From: a virus
Taxonomy: Duplodnaviria > Caudoviricetes
Virus record (IMG/VR): IMGVR_UViG_3300038520_001860
Location: 1 to 40,821 of that record
Direction: 5' to 3' (one strand)
DNA length: 40,821 bases
Shown: positions 38,302 to 40,821 of the stretch, in pieces
Position numbering within the stretch: the stretch's first letter is position 1
Layout of the letters: each line of letters begins with the position of its first letter
Translations under genes and position numbers: made by a program
Notes under the pieces: model-generated
What the model was told of the DNA's origin: nothing
The model's database searches: none
The model's input: the letters and a program-made list of their open reading frames with translations, nothing else

Positions 38302-39104
38302 TGCAAGAAGACGATATCATTAATTATTATAAGGGCGACGATATAGACAATTTGTCAGGCAAAAACATCGTCGTTTGGTTCAGTTGTGGGGCTGCCAGCG
38401 CAGTTGCAGCCAAACTAACCTTGATGAAATACGGTCACAACAACAACGTCACGATTGTAAATAATCCTATCAAAGAAGAGCACGAGGACAATCGACGTTT
38501 TTTAAAAGACGTTGAAGCTTGGTTGGGGCATGAAATACAGTTTGCAAGGAACAGTAAGTTTCCTGACCAATCATGCAAAGAAGTGTGGGACCAACGTCGG
38601 TTTATGTCAGGCCCTTCAGGTGCACCTTGTACACAACAGTTGAAGAAACGAGCTAGGCAAGAGTGGGAGTCAGATAAAACTATTGATTTCACTGTTTTGG
38701 GTTTCACTTTTGAGGAAAAGAAACGAGCGGCAAGATTTAAAGTTATGGAGCGCAGTAATCTATTGCCTGTGTTAATACACGAAGAGAAGACCAAACAAGA
38801 TTGTTTTGATCTGTTGTCCGCAGATAATATAACTTTGCCAGAAATTTATAAGCTAGGTTATCCAAACGCCAACTGTATAGGTTGTGTCAAGGCCTCGTCT
38901 CCCACTTATTGGAACTTGGTTAGAAAGACTTTTCCAAAGGTTTACGACGACAGAGCCGAACAGTCTAGAAAAATAGGGGCAAGACTTGTGCGATACAAAG
39001 GGAAGAGAATGTTCTTAGACGAGCTTCCAGAGAGCGCGAAAGGCAGGCCGTTGAAAAATTATCATATTGAGTGTGGTATATTTTGTGATGAAAATGGGCA
39101 GTAG
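38301..39104 (+). CDS. PAPS-reductase-like (PP-loop/HUP) protein with Cys cluster
   Basis: WFSCGAASAVA, GAPCT..LK, NANCIGCVK, ECGIFC. Confidence 0.75.
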   Translation: MQEDDIINYYKGDDIDNLSGKNIVVWFSCGAASAVAAKLTLMKYGHNNNVTIVNNPIKEEHEDNRRFLKDVEAWLGHEIQFARNSKFPDQSCKEVWDQRRFMSGPSGAPCTQQLKKRARQEWESDKTIDFTVLGFTFEEKKRAARFKVMERSNLLPVLIHEEKTKQDCFDLLSADNITLPEIYKLGYPNANCIGCVKASSPTYWNLVRKTFPKVYDDRAEQSRKIGARLVRYKGKRMFLDELPESAKGRPLKNYHIECGIFCDENGQ

Positions 39105-39114
39105 GGATTAGTTT

Positions 39115-39249
39115 ATGGCTAAAAAGAGCAAATTTTTTAATGATGAGCATGTAACAAGGAGGCGTATACGACGGCCGGGAAGGCATGCAAAACGGCCAAA
39201 TAAGAAATATTCAAGAAAAAGGTACAACGGCCAAGGGAGGAGACGATAG
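39115..39249 (+). CDS. Small Arg-rich peptide (44 aa); not in the ORF track
   Basis: MAKKSKFFNDEHVTRRRIRRPGRHAKRPNKKYSRKRYNGQGRRR*. Confidence 0.65.
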   Translation: MAKKSKFFNDEHVTRRRIRRPGRHAKRPNKKYSRKRYNGQGRRR

Positions 39250-39280
39250 ATTACTTCTCTAAGAGTATTTTCTCTGGCTT

Positions 39281-39420
39281 TGTAATTTTTGATTGAGACT
39301 GTAATTTTTGATGTAATCATGTAATTTTTGATAAATATTGACTTAAACTACTGTAATATAACAACAAAAAAGTTACATGAGTGATGTAATTTTGATGTAA
39401 CCTTGAGGTAATTTTTTATG
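39281..39420. repeat. Iteron-like direct repeats, candidate replication origin
   Basis: TGTAATTTTTGAT exact at 39281, 39300 and 39320; variant at 39385; extra GTAA cores; AT-rich intergenic. Confidence 0.7.
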
Positions 39421-39500
39421 TTTTCTTGTAGTCGTGTGCGTATTTTAGTAGTTTTGAAAAAACATCCTAGCAAAAATACTCTATGAGGATATAAATTAGT

Positions 39501-39902
39501 ATGGCCACAAAAAGAAAGACAAGACTATCAGACGCAAATGAAGTCCCCGCAAACGGGAGACCTACAGAGGTCAAGGTAGGTTATAGAACGATCAAAATAA
39601 AATACGTCAACCCTAGTTTTATCTTAGACGACATGACAGAAAGCTATGGCGAGTATCGTGCGCGCGAAGGTGTGATTTATATCCAAGATTCGCTAGTGCC
39701 CCAAGAAAGGTGCAATACAACTTGGCATGAAATTTTGCATGCAATAGTCTACATCTTCAGTCTTAACCAAGCAAACGGCCCACTCAAAGAAGACGATGCA
39801 GAAGAACTTGTTGTGAACACCATATCAAACGCCATGATGGGTGTATACAGAGACAACCCGTGGCTTTTGGATATGCTTAAAAAATATCTTAATGAGACTT
39901 AA
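39501..39902 (+). CDS. HExxH zinc metallopeptidase-like protein
   Basis: GVIYI.......CNTTWHEILHAI...EE.VV. Confidence 0.65.
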   Translation: MATKRKTRLSDANEVPANGRPTEVKVGYRTIKIKYVNPSFILDDMTESYGEYRAREGVIYIQDSLVPQERCNTTWHEILHAIVYIFSLNQANGPLKEDDAEELVVNTISNAMMGVYRDNPWLLDMLKKYLNET

Positions 39903-40395
39903 CTTTTTTTCGCTTGCGGTCTACAGGGCCGTCCTCGACCACTTCTCCCTCAACAATCTTAGGATTGAGTTGGTCGGCTATCGCTTGTAGTTCTTTGCGT
40001 ACTTCATCTGGTGTAAGTTGATCTATCTTTCCGTGCTTAATAATTTTCTGGTCTATGTAAAGTCCGCCTGCCTTTCCGCGTGCGACTTCCGCTTGAACAG
40101 CACTTGCATACGAGCCATTCTCTAACGCCTGTTGTTTGATCTGTTCAAGGTCTCGCATGTGGGTTTCAAAAGACACACGATACTTTTCGTTAACTTCTTT
40201 TCGAAGTTTTGTGATCTCTTGTACAACGAGAGGGTAATAGTTTGAGTTTTGTAGCTCAGATGCCGTGCTTCTTGCCCTATCTTTTGCGTATCCGGCTTCG
40301 ATAGCACAATCTGTGGCGGTCTTGCGTCCTTCGTTGTATACCAGAAGATTGACGAATTTTATTTGCTGTGGTGTTAAATGTTTGCGTCTCGACAT
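39889..40395 (-). CDS. terS: Terminase small subunit
   Basis: LTPQQIKFV.......AT..AIEAGYA...A...ASEL HTH; SAVQAE..RGKAGGLY. Confidence 0.8.
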   Translation of the reverse strand: MSRRKHLTPQQIKFVNLLVYNEGRKTATDCAIEAGYAKDRARSTASELQNSNYYPLVVQEITKLRKEVNEKYRVSFETHMRDLEQIKQQALENGSYASAVQAEVARGKAGGLYIDQKIIKHGKIDQLTPDEVRKELQAIADQLNPKIVEGEVVEDGPVDRKRKKVKSH

Positions 40396-40479
40396 ATAGT
40401 ATGCTGTTCGTTTAATACCACAATATGTAGTATCTTTGAAAAAAAATCAATATTTTTTAAAAAAAGTTATAAAATGCTA

Positions 40480-40509
40480 TTGACTATGGGACGAAAATCA
40501 GATTATGAT
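40480..40509 (+). promoter_or_regulatory. Sigma70-like (probably early) promoter
   Basis: TTGACT-18-TATGAT with an A/T-tract UP-like region upstream. Confidence 0.55.
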
Positions 40510-40520
40510 TCGATCGAGGC

Positions 40521-40590
40521 AAGGGTGTTAAGTCGTGATTAATTAACTTAATGCGTGGTTATATCAAGTGCGAACGAAACCACCGCCCTT
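40521..40590 (+). ncRNA. Candidate structured RNA (three-way junction)
   Basis: P1 AAGGGUG/CGCCCUU, P2 UUAAGU/ACUUAA, P3 GUGGUU/AACCAC, just downstream of the promoter. Confidence 0.5.
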
Positions 40591-40623
40591 AAAAAAATTA
40601 AATAAATAAAGAAAGAGAGAAAC

Positions 40624-40812
40624 ATGGAAAAAGTTACAATGATCTGGGGAACTGAAGCTGTTAAAGGTATTGAGAAACCAGAAGAAGGATACACTAAAAA
40701 AACTTATGCTTTTAATTCTCTTGAAGAACGAAAAGCTTTCTTGCTTGGAGTGCGTGAATGTGATGGTTGGCAAGATCATTGTCTAGTGGAGGACTTAGAG
40801 TATGTCAGATAA
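40624..40812 (+). CDS. Hypothetical (probably early) protein
   Basis: Purine-rich leader; 62-aa ORF. Confidence 0.65.
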   Translation: MEKVTMIWGTEAVKGIEKPEEGYTKKTYAFNSLEERKAFLLGVRECDGWQDHCLVEDLEYVR

Positions 40813-40821
40813 ATTAAGAAT

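Noticed and set aside
39108-39320. Minus-strand 70-aa ORF
   Set aside because: Starts within the repeat array and is antisense to a more credible plus-strand basic peptide.
39281-39420. Mini CRISPR array
   Set aside because: Repeats of 13 bp with 6-7 bp spacers are far too short; no cas operon.
40521-40590. tRNA or hammerhead ribozyme
   Set aside because: Only two internal arms and no TTC T-loop; GAAAC is present but the CUGANGA core is not.
1-40821. Stop-codon reassignment or prophage boundaries
   Set aside because: Genes tile densely under the standard code using all three stops; no integrase, att site or host genes seen.

Overview
The whole window is one continuous segment of a lytic-looking dsDNA tailed phage genome. 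Gene content suggests a podovirus-type phage of a marine alphaproteobacterium, broadly like the uvMED/HTVC023P-type pelagiphages; host and family are inferred, not shown. 1-27061 (+) is a translationally coupled late operon with two head-tail adaptor-like genes, a lysis cassette (T7-type amidase plus holin candidates), six very Lys/Arg-rich small proteins, a secreted/membrane trio, a 1367-aa tail fibre with an S74 chaperone, an AT-rich island containing a Coq4-like gene, a nozzle/stabilisation protein and four internal/ejection proteins. 27062-28888 (-) holds a PD-(D/E)XK nuclease and an SNF2 helicase. 28952-39249 is mainly a replication module: SSB-like protein, AEP primase, UvrD helicase, DUF3310, Leu762 PolA, TSCPD, RHH regulator, exonuclease and a PAPS-reductase-like enzyme. 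It is followed by an iteron-like candidate origin, an HExxH protein, the small terminase (-) and a probable early promoter with a structured RNA leader. No capsid, portal, large terminase, integrase, tRNA or CRISPR was recognised. The most notable signals are a shared double-glycine peptide motif across unrelated basic and ejection proteins (candidate cleavage or packaging tag), the basic-peptide cluster itself, and a three-way-junction RNA at 40521-40590. All family assignments come from recognising motifs by eye; no searches were run.
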